From an uncultured Chloroflexia bacterium (GTDB lineage: Bacteria; Chloroflexota; Limnocylindria; Limnocylindrales; CSP1-4), in contig CAVVYR010000014.1 of the NCBI GenBank assembly GCA_963752475.1, forward strand, positions 32,001 through 96,000: a stretch of DNA of 64,000 nt. Direction: 5' to 3'. Shown in pieces: positions 30,039 through 38,335 of the stretch. Position numbers and translations under genes: made by a program. The notes below the pieces were generated by a model. The model searched no databases, was not told where the DNA came from, and saw only the letters and a program-made list of their open reading frames with translations. Numbering within the stretch: position 1 is the first letter of the stretch; each line of letters opens with the position of its first letter.

Positions 30039-30965
30039 GTGAGAGTTCGCGAACCCGTCGCCCGCCCCCTCGACATCGTGGCCGTGGAGCTGTTGCTCTC
30101 GGCGTCGCAGGCGTTCCTCGCCGGCGTGCTCCTGTACATGGCTGTCGGGTTCTGGGAGGACGCCGGCGTCGGCCTCGCGACACAGGCGGCCGTGTTGGGC
30201 CTCCTCGGCCTGGGGGTCGGCGGTGCCTGGCTCTTCTGGCTGCTCGGCGGCGTGGGCTGGCCCATGGCCGCGGTGAACGCGCCGGCCGGGCTGTTCCTCG
30301 CCTTCGTGCTGGTCATGGACTGGTCGGTCGAGGCCTTCGACATCGGCGGTGCTCCACTGGTCCTGGCCACCGCGGCCGCGACCTTCGGCGTCGTGGCCGG
30401 TGTCTTCCTCGACTCACCGCGACGCTGGCGCTGGGATCAGAGGGAACGGCTACGGTCCGGCGCGCAGGTCCCGACCATCTCGCCGACGACCAGGACGCTC
30501 ATGGCCCAGGTCCCGCGCTCGCTCCCGCGACGTGAGCCGGAGCCCGAGCCGGTCAGCGAGCTGGCCGCACGCATCGAGAGCTCCGCCCTGCCCGGTCAAG
30601 GGCCGGACGCCGAAGACACCCCCTACCCGTCCGCTGCCCAGGTCGAAGATGGACTGGGCACATCTGCGCCTGAGCCGCCGGATGAGCCCGAACCCGAGTC
30701 CGAGCTGGCCGATGCGCCTGATGTCCCCGGCACACCGCTCGATGTCCCGGAGTCGCCTGAGCCCGTCATGCCCACGGTCAGGCTGGGCCGGAGTGCGGCC
30801 GGGACCACCGACGATGAGGATGACGATGATGACGAACCCATCGAGCTGCCCACGATGATCGAGCCGAAGGCACAGCGTTCACCGTGGGCCTGGGCCGCAC
30901 CGCCCGAGTGGAATCGAGATGAGGACGACGGCAGCTCCAGCGACCGCTCGGCGAAGGACGCATGA
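30039..30965 (+). CDS. Hypothetical membrane protein: four N-terminal TMs and a long acidic Pro-rich tail
   Basis: Hydrophobic N-terminal ~125 aa, D/E/P-rich C-terminus; TATCCT -10 box 6 nt upstream; ATGA overlap with the next gene. Confidence 0.7.
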   Translation: MRVREPVARPLDIVAVELLLSASQAFLAGVLLYMAVGFWEDAGVGLATQAAVLGLLGLGVGGAWLFWLLGGVGWPMAAVNAPAGLFLAFVLVMDWSVEAFDIGGAPLVLATAAATFGVVAGVFLDSPRRWRWDQRERLRSGAQVPTISPTTRTLMAQVPRSLPRREPEPEPVSELAARIESSALPGQGPDAEDTPYPSAAQVEDGLGTSAPEPPDEPEPESELADAPDVPGTPLDVPESPEPVMPTVRLGRSAAGTTDDEDDDDDEPIELPTMIEPKAQRSPWAWAAPPEWNRDEDDGSSSDRSAKDA

Positions 30966-31606
30966 CGGTCGGCGCGGTCATCGTCCCTGATGGCGTGAAC
31001 GAAGCGCTCGCCGACGCCACCGGACGTGCGGCCGTACGTCGCATCGTGGACTCGGCCTGGGCCGGCGGTGCCATCCCCATCATCGTCGTGGCCGCCGACC
31101 CCGACGGGCGTATCGCCGAGGCACTCGACGGCTCGCCGGCCCGGATCGTCGATCCGGAGCGGGCGTCGGGCACACAGACCTACATGGTCGGAGCCCGTGC
31201 GGCGCATGCGGCGGTCCAGGAGACCACCGCGGTCCTGCTCTGGCCGGGCCGCATGACCTGGGCCGACCCCGAGACCGTGACCTCACTCATCGAAGCCCAC
31301 GGCCGCTCGCCGGTCGAGGTGACGCGTCCTCGCCGCGCCGGCGAGTCCGGCTGGCCGGTGTTGGTTCCGGTCGGGCACATCGCCCACGTGCTGGCCAATC
31401 CGGCCGGTGACATCGCCGACGCTGTCGCTGACAGCGAGGTCGCCGCGGTGGAGCTGGGCGACCCTGGTTCAGTGCTGGGAGCCGAGGTGGCGCTCGACGA
31501 TCTCCCGGACTACGCCGGCCCACCGGAGCCGGTGGGTGGGCCACCACCCGAGTGGGGTGCGGCCGCGGCAGAGACCCCCGAGCCGGAACTCGAGGAGCCG
31601 ATCTAG
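30962..31606 (+). CDS. Degenerate MobA/MocA-like NTP-transferase-fold protein
   Basis: GAVIV, GRAAVRRIV, IIVV, GWPVL, VELGDPG resemble MocA-family proteins, but the LAAG..SR/K loop is missing. Confidence 0.55.
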   Translation: MTVGAVIVPDGVNEALADATGRAAVRRIVDSAWAGGAIPIIVVAADPDGRIAEALDGSPARIVDPERASGTQTYMVGARAAHAAVQETTAVLLWPGRMTWADPETVTSLIEAHGRSPVEVTRPRRAGESGWPVLVPVGHIAHVLANPAGDIADAVADSEVAAVELGDPGSVLGAEVALDDLPDYAGPPEPVGGPPPEWGAAAAETPEPELEEPI

Positions 31607-33450
31607 TCGTCTGTCCGCGCTTGCGACTTGAGCGCCAGGCCAAGCTCGTCGAGCTGGTCGGTATGCACCGGCGATGGAGCGTCGAGCATGAGGTCGGAGC
31701 CCGATGATGTCTTGGGGAAGGCCATGACCTCACGGATGTTCGACTGGTCGGTGAGCAGGGCGATCCAGCGGTCGATGCCGAGGGCGATGCCACCGTGGGG
31801 CGGAGCGCCGTACTCGAAGGCCTCGAGGATGCCGCTGAACTGCTCCTCCTGTGCCGCTGCATCGTGGCCCATGAGCGAGAACGACCTCGAGAGCATCTTG
31901 CGGGTGTGGAAGCGGACGGAGCCACCGCCCAGCTCCCAGCCGTTGAGCGCGATGTCGTACTGCTGCGCGCGGGCGCGGCCGGCAGGATCCTCCCGGCTCG
32001 CGACGAGCGGGTCGCCGGAGTTCGTCGCGAGCAGCTCCTCGTCTTCCGGCAGCACCGCGCTGAAGGGGTTGTGCGTGGCGTCCCAGCGGGCGTTGTCATC
32101 ATCCCAGTGGTACATCGGGAACTGGTAGACCCAGACATAGCTGAGGACCGAACGATCGAACATCTCATGACGGTCGGCCAGCTCCACGCGCAGGGTGCCC
32201 AGCACCTCCTGTGCAGTGATGTCCTTATCGGCCACGATGAGCACGAGGTCGCCGTTCTGGGCCCCTGCTTCGGCCGCCAGGTCCTGGGCCATCTGCTCGC
32301 CGACGATCTTGACGATCGAGCCACGGATGCCGCCCTCGACGTCGAGCGCCAGCCATACGAGTCCGCCAGCGCCGGCCTTCTTGGCCTGCTCGGTCAGCTC
32401 GTCGACCTGCTTGCGGGTATAGCCACCGAGGCCCGGCGCGGCCAGACCGAAGACGCGACCGCCGGCGTCGAGCACGGACTCGAAGACACGGAAGCCTGAC
32501 TCCGCGGCCAGCTCGCCGAGGTCGTGCAGCTCCATGCCGTAGCGAACGTCGGGCTTGTCCGAGCCGTAGCGGTCGATGGCCTCGCGGTAGCTGAAGCGCG
32601 GGAAGGGCTCGTTGAGCAGCGGCCGCTGGGGGGTCACGGCCTGGCTCACGGCCAGGCACATCTCCTCGACCCAGGCCATCACGTCGGTGTCGTTGACGAA
32701 GCTCATCTCAAGGTCGAGCTGGGTGAATTCCGGCTGGCGGTCGCCTCGTAGATCCTCGTCGCGCAGGCAGCGGGCGATCTGGTAGTAGCGGTCGAAGCCG
32801 CTGACCATGAGCAGCTGCTTCATCTGCTGCGGGCTCTGCGGCAGAGCGTAGACGGAGCCGGGCTGGAGGCGCGAGGGCACGATGAAGTCGCGAGCGCCCT
32901 CGGGCGTCGACTTGATCAGCAGCGGCGTCTCGATCTCCACGAAGCCGGCGTCGTCGTGTGCGTCACGGATGGCCTTGACCATGCGGCTGCGGGCCAGCAG
33001 GCGCCGCTGCAGCGGTTCGCGCCGCAGGTCGAGATAGCGGTACTTGAGCCGGATCGATTCGTCGACCTCGGCATCGGGATCATTGAGCACGAACGGCGGC
33101 GTCTGGGCCGAGGCCAGGATCGCGATCTCGGTCGCGCGCAGCTCGATGTCACCGGTCTCGAGCTTGTCGTTCTCCATACCCTGGAGTCGCTTGTCGATAG
33201 TGCCGCTGACGCGCACCACGAACTCCGGGCGGACGGTCTCGGCGATGGCGTGGGCCTGCGGCGAGTCGGCGTTGTCGATGACCACCTGGGTGATGCCATA
33301 GCGGTCACGAAGGTCGAGGAAGATGAGCTGGCCGAGGTCGCGTCGGCGGTGGACCCAGCCGGCGAGGGTCGCGGGCTTGCCGACGTCGTCGAGGCGAGCG
33401 TCGGCGCAGGTCAGGTCACGGTAGGTGGTCGATCTCACAGGGCACGTCAC
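31603..33450 (-). CDS. aspS: Aspartate--tRNA ligase
   Basis: GWVHRRRDLG, RLKYRYLDLRR, STPEGARDF, LPQSPQ, RDEDLRGDRQPEFTQLD, GAPPHGGIALGIDR. Confidence 0.98.
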   Translation of the reverse strand: MTCPVRSTTYRDLTCADARLDDVGKPATLAGWVHRRRDLGQLIFLDLRDRYGITQVVIDNADSPQAHAIAETVRPEFVVRVSGTIDKRLQGMENDKLETGDIELRATEIAILASAQTPPFVLNDPDAEVDESIRLKYRYLDLRREPLQRRLLARSRMVKAIRDAHDDAGFVEIETPLLIKSTPEGARDFIVPSRLQPGSVYALPQSPQQMKQLLMVSGFDRYYQIARCLRDEDLRGDRQPEFTQLDLEMSFVNDTDVMAWVEEMCLAVSQAVTPQRPLLNEPFPRFSYREAIDRYGSDKPDVRYGMELHDLGELAAESGFRVFESVLDAGGRVFGLAAPGLGGYTRKQVDELTEQAKKAGAGGLVWLALDVEGGIRGSIVKIVGEQMAQDLAAEAGAQNGDLVLIVADKDITAQEVLGTLRVELADRHEMFDRSVLSYVWVYQFPMYHWDDDNARWDATHNPFSAVLPEDEELLATNSGDPLVASREDPAGRARAQQYDIALNGWELGGGSVRFHTRKMLSRSFSLMGHDAAAQEEQFSGILEAFEYGAPPHGGIALGIDRWIALLTDQSNIREVMAFPKTSSGSDLMLDAPSPVHTDQLDELGLALKSQARTDD

Positions 33451-33541
33451 ACGGAGCGAAAGGGATGGTGTCCCCTGAGCCTAGCGGACCGCGCGCCTCC
33501 AGGTGCTGGCCGCCGCCGACGCTCGTGGGTAGCGTCCGTAC

Positions 33542-33570
33542 TGGCTCCCCGTGGCCGTGGCTCCCCGTGG
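33542..33570. repeat. Direct repeat TGGCTCCCCGTGG x2 (16-nt period)
   Basis: Identical 13-mers at 33542-33554 and 33558-33570. Confidence 0.7.
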
Positions 33571-33591
33571 TCCTGTCGGTGTGGGTGGCTC

Positions 33592-33648
33592 GGTGACCCG
33601 GCGGGCGCGAGAGAGGTGACCCGACGGGCGCGAGAGAGGTGACCCGGC
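33592..33648. repeat. Tandem repeat, 23-nt unit GGTGACCCG(G/A)CGGGCGCGAGAGA x ~2.5
   Basis: Units start at 33592, 33615 and 33638 (partial); one mismatch; no spacers. Confidence 0.85.
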
Positions 33649-33800
33649 TATCCCATCCTGGCTGAACTCGACCAGCCCTGGGCCTTCAGTGCACGATCTG
33701 AGTCCGGTGCGCAACAGGACTGACGATCCGAGCCCGCCGGAGGCTGGGACGATGCACTTCCCTGTCGATGACGGCGAGTTCAGGCATCAGAGGATAGCCG
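33645..33800 (-). ncRNA. ssrS: Probable 6S RNA (SsrS)
   Basis: ~156-nt intergenic rod. The ends pair (CGGCTATCC/GGATAGCCG; CTGAACTCG/CGAGTTCAG), there is an inner stem AGTGCA/TGCACT, and a weakly paired central region. It lies near aspS, as 6S does in Bacillus. Strand is inferred. Confidence 0.65.
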
Positions 33801-33829
33801 CGGGAGCCAAGAAGGCCCGGCCTGGGACC

Positions 33830-34969
33830 CTAGCGCAGAGCGGCCTCGAGCAGGGCCCGGAAGGTGGGTTGGAGCTGCTTGGCGAAGGTGTCGGTGACGT
33901 GGCTCTTGTCGCGCCAGACGAGGATGGTGCCCTGCACCAGGGGGCATGGGTCGTAGCTGCAGATCTGGCCATAGAGCCCGCCCCAGGTGGCGCCGCGAGC
34001 CTTGGTCGTGGCCTTGAGCACGTTCTCGATCTTGCGCCAGCCCTGCCCGGCCTTGGGTGTCGCGCAGGCGGAGATGTCGGCCCGGTGCTTCTTGAGGCAC
34101 TTGCGCGGATTGCCCCGGTTATGAGGCACGTTCCCGAGGACGAGCACCTTGCTCGCCTTCGGCAGGGCCATCAGCGTCCTATGGAGGGCCCGCTTCCAGA
34201 CCGCCGGGCGCTGGGCCTTGGGGTACCGCAGGCCGTTGGGGCGCTGCAGGTTGTAGCGATCCGAGTGCGCGATGACGATGAGGTCCGGCGGCTTGGCCCT
34301 GAGCTTCTTCATGACCTTGTGGCGCCAGGCGTCGCAGCTGGCGCCCTGGTCGACGTACTTCTGGCTGTTCACGTACAGGCCCAGCAGCGCGGGACAGGCG
34401 GTCTTGGCCATCGTGAGCAGGCGCCAGCCCTTGTTCCGGGCGATGCGACGGATGGGTGACGACCACATCAACGAGTGGGAATCGCCGATGAGCACGACCC
34501 TCGTGTCGGCACCCCGCTTCCCGAAGCCGCAGACCACTGGCTTGGACTTGCCCTGGCCGGTGATGCACTTCGAGCGGATCGGCGGATACGAGGTCTTGGC
34601 TGCGGCGAGGCGCGGCTTGAGCGCCGCCGGCAGTCGCCGCTGGTCCTGCTCACGGGCGTTGCTGCGTCCGTCGCGGTCACGGTCCTCGCGCCCGTCGTTG
34701 ACGCCGTCGCCGTCGGTATCGCGCACCCCGGGGTTCGTGCCGAAGCGCTGCTCGCCGAGGTTGCCCAGGCCGTCCTTGTCGTTGTCCTCGGCAGAGTCGA
34801 TGACGCCGTCGTGGTCGGAGTCACGGACGTTCGGGTCGGTCACGCCGTAACGCTTCTCGAAAGCATCGGCGAGGCCATCCCTGTCACGGTCGGCCGCCGT
34901 GGCGGGTAAGACTGCCACGAGCGTCAGGAGCAGGGACATGCTGGCGCCCAGGGCGCTTCGACGACGCAT
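33830..34969 (-). CDS. Secreted SGNH-hydrolase (AT3-associated type) with N-terminal DxDxDG calcium-binding (TSP3-like) repeats
   Basis: Signal peptide; DRDRDG, DSDHDG, DNDKDG, DTDGDG, DRDRDG repeats; VLIGDSHS nucleophile motif, TACP, WRDKSH (D-x-x-H); paired cysteines. Confidence 0.8.
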   Translation of the reverse strand: MRRRSALGASMSLLLTLVAVLPATAADRDRDGLADAFEKRYGVTDPNVRDSDHDGVIDSAEDNDKDGLGNLGEQRFGTNPGVRDTDGDGVNDGREDRDRDGRSNAREQDQRRLPAALKPRLAAAKTSYPPIRSKCITGQGKSKPVVCGFGKRGADTRVVLIGDSHSLMWSSPIRRIARNKGWRLLTMAKTACPALLGLYVNSQKYVDQGASCDAWRHKVMKKLRAKPPDLIVIAHSDRYNLQRPNGLRYPKAQRPAVWKRALHRTLMALPKASKVLVLGNVPHNRGNPRKCLKKHRADISACATPKAGQGWRKIENVLKATTKARGATWGGLYGQICSYDPCPLVQGTILVWRDKSHVTDTFAKQLQPTFRALLEAALR

Positions 34970-34979
34970 GTGGGAGAGC

Positions 34980-35906
34980 CTAGCGCAGCGATCTCCGTGT
35001 GCGTACAGAGCCGAGCAGCACGCCGCCGAGGATGAGGACGACGCCCAGCAGCTGGACCGTGGTGGGCGTTTCCGACAGCACGATCATGGCGATGGCCGTG
35101 GCCAGCACCGGCTGGATGAGCAGGATCAGCGAGGTCGTGGCCGCCGGTAGGCGGGGCAGGGCCGTGGCGATCATGACCTGGCCCGCGACCTGTGCCGAGA
35201 GCGCGAGCAGGAGCAGCCAGGCGTGCATCGGCAGCGACGGCAGCGGATCGAAGTCGCCCACGATGAGGCCCGCCGCGAGCGCGGTCAGTCCGCAGGTCAC
35301 GGTGGAGTCGAAGATGGGGCCGGCCGCGTGTCGTCGGTCACGACCCTTGCGCAGGATGAGCAGGTAGCCCGCGTAGCAGACGGCCGTGAGGATGCCCAGG
35401 ATCGAACCCAGCACCGGATCCCGGCCGTACGGCTCCGCCTCGAGCACGCCGCTGATGAAGACGACGCCGCCGAGCGCGATGGGCACGGCGATGGCTTGCG
35501 CGAGGCTGGGCCGCTCGCCCCAGATGAGCCAGGCGGCGATCATGACGATGACGACCTGCAGGTTGACCAGCACCGTGGCCAGACCGGCGCCCATGAGCAG
35601 GATGGCGTGGTGGAACAGCAGCAGGTCGCCGGCGAAGAAGACACCCGCGAGCAGGGCCCAGCCGCGGGCCTGAGCCGATCGCGGGCCGAACACGCCGTCC
35701 TCGCGCCGCATCAGCCACCACAGCAAGGGCAGCGCGTAGAGACAGCGGAAGAACGTGGCCGTGCTGGGCGAGGCCTCCGAGAGGACGAAGAGGATGGCCG
35801 CGGTGGAGATGCCCACGGCTGCGGTCACCGCGGCCGCTCGGGGGTGGCTGTCGAAGAGCTGGAGCGGACGATGGTCGGCCGCTTCCACCTGCGGCCCGGC
35901 CGTCAC
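34980..35906 (-). CDS. DMT/EamA family transporter
   Basis: Ten hydrophobic segments in two EamA repeats (WGERP / LSETP); GTG 35906 overlaps the upstream stop. Confidence 0.9.
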   Translation of the reverse strand: MTAGPQVEAADHRPLQLFDSHPRAAAVTAAVGISTAAILFVLSEASPSTATFFRCLYALPLLWWLMRREDGVFGPRSAQARGWALLAGVFFAGDLLLFHHAILLMGAGLATVLVNLQVVIVMIAAWLIWGERPSLAQAIAVPIALGGVVFISGVLEAEPYGRDPVLGSILGILTAVCYAGYLLILRKGRDRRHAAGPIFDSTVTCGLTALAAGLIVGDFDPLPSLPMHAWLLLLALSAQVAGQVMIATALPRLPAATTSLILLIQPVLATAIAMIVLSETPTTVQLLGVVLILGGVLLGSVRTRRSLR

Positions 35907-36967
35907 CGCAAGACGCCGCGCAGTCGCTCCCGCCAGTCGCGGATGCGGTTCCAAGTGGGATCGATGATGACGTCGAAGGTGCCCGGGTGTCGCAGCGGCG
36001 ATCCCTTGAAGCGGCGCTTGAAGACGCTGAAGCCCTCCCATGAGGCATCGACGGTGTCGTCATCGGGCTCGCGCACGCCCCACAGGTCGAGCGTGGCCGT
36101 GCCGGCCTCCCGCAATGCTCGCTGCAGCTCGGCCATGGCCGCATACGGCCCGCGCCTCTTGCCCAGCTCCCTGTCGCGCGTGGAGGCCGCGTAGAGATAG
36201 AACGCGCGGTCGCCGGTCCTGGGCGCGATGGCGCCAGCGAGGGGCGTGCCCTCGTGTTCGGCGAGGGCCAGGAACCAGTCACCGCTCGCGGCCAGTGGCT
36301 CTGCCAGGTGGCCCAGGAACCCGCGACTGCGGATGCGGAACCCCTGCCGCTCGGACGTCTCGGACAGCAACGCGTGGAACGCATCGAGCACCGCCGGATC
36401 GCCGGCGCGATCGAGCGTCACGGTCGTGCCCTCGCGCACGGCTCGCCGGGACTCGGCCCGCGCGTCCTTGCCCCAGCCGGCGACCGGATCGTCACCGGCC
36501 TGCAGGTCGATGAGGCGGGTGGTCGGCGCCTGCAGGTCATGGGCCGCGAGCTGGCCGGATGAGCGGAAGACCCGGCCCACGACCGCATCACCCGCCGCGT
36601 CGCCGGTGCCTCGAGGGTCGAACTTGATGACGATGCCCTTGCGCTCGCGGGCGTGCACCTTGAGGCCCGTCAGCAGGCGAGCCAGCACCTCCGCCGCATC
36701 ATCGGCATCGCGATCCCAGACCGGCCCATGCGGGACGTAGAGGATGGTGCGGCCGAACGAGGTGGCACGATCGAGCACCTGGGCCAGACCGCGGATGTGG
36801 CCGCCGCCGTCGACGACCACGAGCCGGGACCAGTGCTCGCCAGGCTCTCCTGTCCCGGCCTCGCCCCAGGCCCACGACTGCAGCACGTCGGCCTCGGGTC
36901 GTGAGGCCACGAAGGCGGTCCAGTCGGCGCGGTCGGCCTCGGTGGCGGCGCGGAGCGTCAGCGTCAT
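35903..36967 (-). CDS. FemABX-family peptidoglycan interpeptide-bridge aminoacyltransferase
   Basis: LQSWAWGE, YVPHGPV, TRLIDL, ETSERQGF.IR, YLYAAS, DLWGV, FKRRFKG. Confidence 0.88.
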   Translation of the reverse strand: MTLTLRAATEADRADWTAFVASRPEADVLQSWAWGEAGTGEPGEHWSRLVVVDGGGHIRGLAQVLDRATSFGRTILYVPHGPVWDRDADDAAEVLARLLTGLKVHARERKGIVIKFDPRGTGDAAGDAVVGRVFRSSGQLAAHDLQAPTTRLIDLQAGDDPVAGWGKDARAESRRAVREGTTVTLDRAGDPAVLDAFHALLSETSERQGFRIRSRGFLGHLAEPLAASGDWFLALAEHEGTPLAGAIAPRTGDRAFYLYAASTRDRELGKRRGPYAAMAELQRALREAGTATLDLWGVREPDDDTVDASWEGFSVFKRRFKGSPLRHPGTFDVIIDPTWNRIRDWRERLRGVLR

Positions 36968-36983
36968 CAGCGCAGCTCCGACC

Positions 36984-38288
36984 TCAGCCGTCTTCGCCGT
37001 GCCGGTGCTGGGCGTGGGCGCGAGCCAGGTCGCGGGCCAGCTCGGTCACGTCGACCTGTCGCTGGGTGCCGGCCATGAGGTCCTTCACCTGCACATGTCC
37101 GGTCTCGAGCTCGTCGCCGCAGATGACGGCGAAGTGTGCGCCGGCCTTGGCTGCACCATCGAGCTGCTTGCCCAGGCGGCGCGAGGTAAGGTCCGGCCGC
37201 GTGGCCAGCCCGGAACCGCGGAGCTCCGTGGCCAACTGCAGGCGTACGACGGTGTCGTCGGGGTCCGCGCCCACGACCACGACCGCCGGCTTCCATGGCT
37301 CGGCCGCGGGTGCCGCGTCCTGCTCGGACAGCGCGAGGACCACACGATCGAGGCCGATGCCGAAGCCGATGCCCGGCGTGGCCTTGCCACCCAGCAGCTC
37401 GATCAGCCCGTCGTAGCGGCCGCCACCGCCGAGCGCCTGTTGTTGGCCCTCGGCGCCGGAGCGATAGAACTCGAAGGCGGTGCGGGTGTAGTAGTCCAGA
37501 CCCCGCACCAGTGAGGCTTCGATCCGGGGCTCGATCGACACGCCCTCGAGGTGTGCCAGCAGTCCGTCGAAGTGCGCCTGGCAGTCAGCGCAGAGGTGCT
37601 CGGTGATCGCCGGAGCGCCGGCGATGAGCTCTGTCATGCGCTCGTCCTTGGAGTCAAGCAGGCGCAATGGCGCCGTCGCAAGACGAGCGCGTTCCAGGTC
37701 GGGCAGGTCGGCTTCGAAGCGGCCGAAGTAGGCCTGCAGCTCCTCGATGTAGGACGGGCGGCAGGCAGCATCGCCGATGGAGTTGACCAGCACCTGCACG
37801 TCGGTCAGGCCGACCTCCGCGAAGAAGGCCATGGCCAGCTCGATGATCTCGGCGTCGATGGCGGGGCCGGGATCGCCGATGGCCTCCACGTCGAACTGCC
37901 AGAACTGGCGATAGCGGCCGGCTTGCGGACGGTCGTAGCGGAACATCGGTCCGGTCATCGTCAGCTTCACCGGCTGTGGCCAGGTGCGCATACCGTGCTG
38001 GACGTAGGCCCGGGCGATGCCGGCGGTGGGCTCCGGGCGAAGGGCCCAGCGTTCGCGTTCCGACTCACCACGCCCTGCCTGTACGCGGAAGAGCTCCTTC
38101 TCGACGACATCGGTGACCTCACCGACGCCGCGCTCGAAGACTGCCGAACCCTCGAACATGGGTGTCTCGATAGGCGCGAACCCGTAGCGCATGGCGAGGT
38201 CGCGGGCGGCCTCTTCCAGCTTCAGGAAGACGGCGCGCTCAGGGGGTAGCAGGTCACGGGTGCCCCGAGGGGCCTGGAACTTGGGCAT
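36984..38288 (-). CDS. hisS: Histidine--tRNA ligase
   Basis: PRGTRD, TDVVEKE, LRPEPTA, FRYDRPQAGRYRQF, LVRGLDYY, GGGRYD, GFGIGLDR. Confidence 0.97.
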   Translation of the reverse strand: MPKFQAPRGTRDLLPPERAVFLKLEEAARDLAMRYGFAPIETPMFEGSAVFERGVGEVTDVVEKELFRVQAGRGESERERWALRPEPTAGIARAYVQHGMRTWPQPVKLTMTGPMFRYDRPQAGRYRQFWQFDVEAIGDPGPAIDAEIIELAMAFFAEVGLTDVQVLVNSIGDAACRPSYIEELQAYFGRFEADLPDLERARLATAPLRLLDSKDERMTELIAGAPAITEHLCADCQAHFDGLLAHLEGVSIEPRIEASLVRGLDYYTRTAFEFYRSGAEGQQQALGGGGRYDGLIELLGGKATPGIGFGIGLDRVVLALSEQDAAPAAEPWKPAVVVVGADPDDTVVRLQLATELRGSGLATRPDLTSRRLGKQLDGAAKAGAHFAVICGDELETGHVQVKDLMAGTQRQVDVTELARDLARAHAQHRHGEDG

Positions 38289-38335
38289 CGTCCTCCGATT
38301 CTAGCGGCGCCGACGGCGGGCCGACGCGCCGGCGA

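Noticed and set aside
28034-30370. Long N-terminal extensions in track ORFs (typA, xerC, dprA, fem 46043, tlyA, iscS, murE, DUF3037)
   Set aside because: The extensions overlap neighbouring genes in off-frames and are low-complexity Arg/Pro/Ala sequence; starts were reassigned.
33340-33370. Inferring discriminating versus non-discriminating AspRS from the RRRDLG motif
   Set aside because: The motif is not decisive, since Leu occurs in both types; gatCAB/asnS context is needed and is not in the window.
33592-33648. CRISPR array
   Set aside because: The repeats are contiguous, with no spacers and no cas genes.
33451-33830. T-box riboswitch upstream of aspS (also checked upstream of hisS and alaS)
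   Set aside because: No T-box consensus (GGTGGNACCGCG) or terminator/antiterminator was found. hisS and alaS have essentially no leader.
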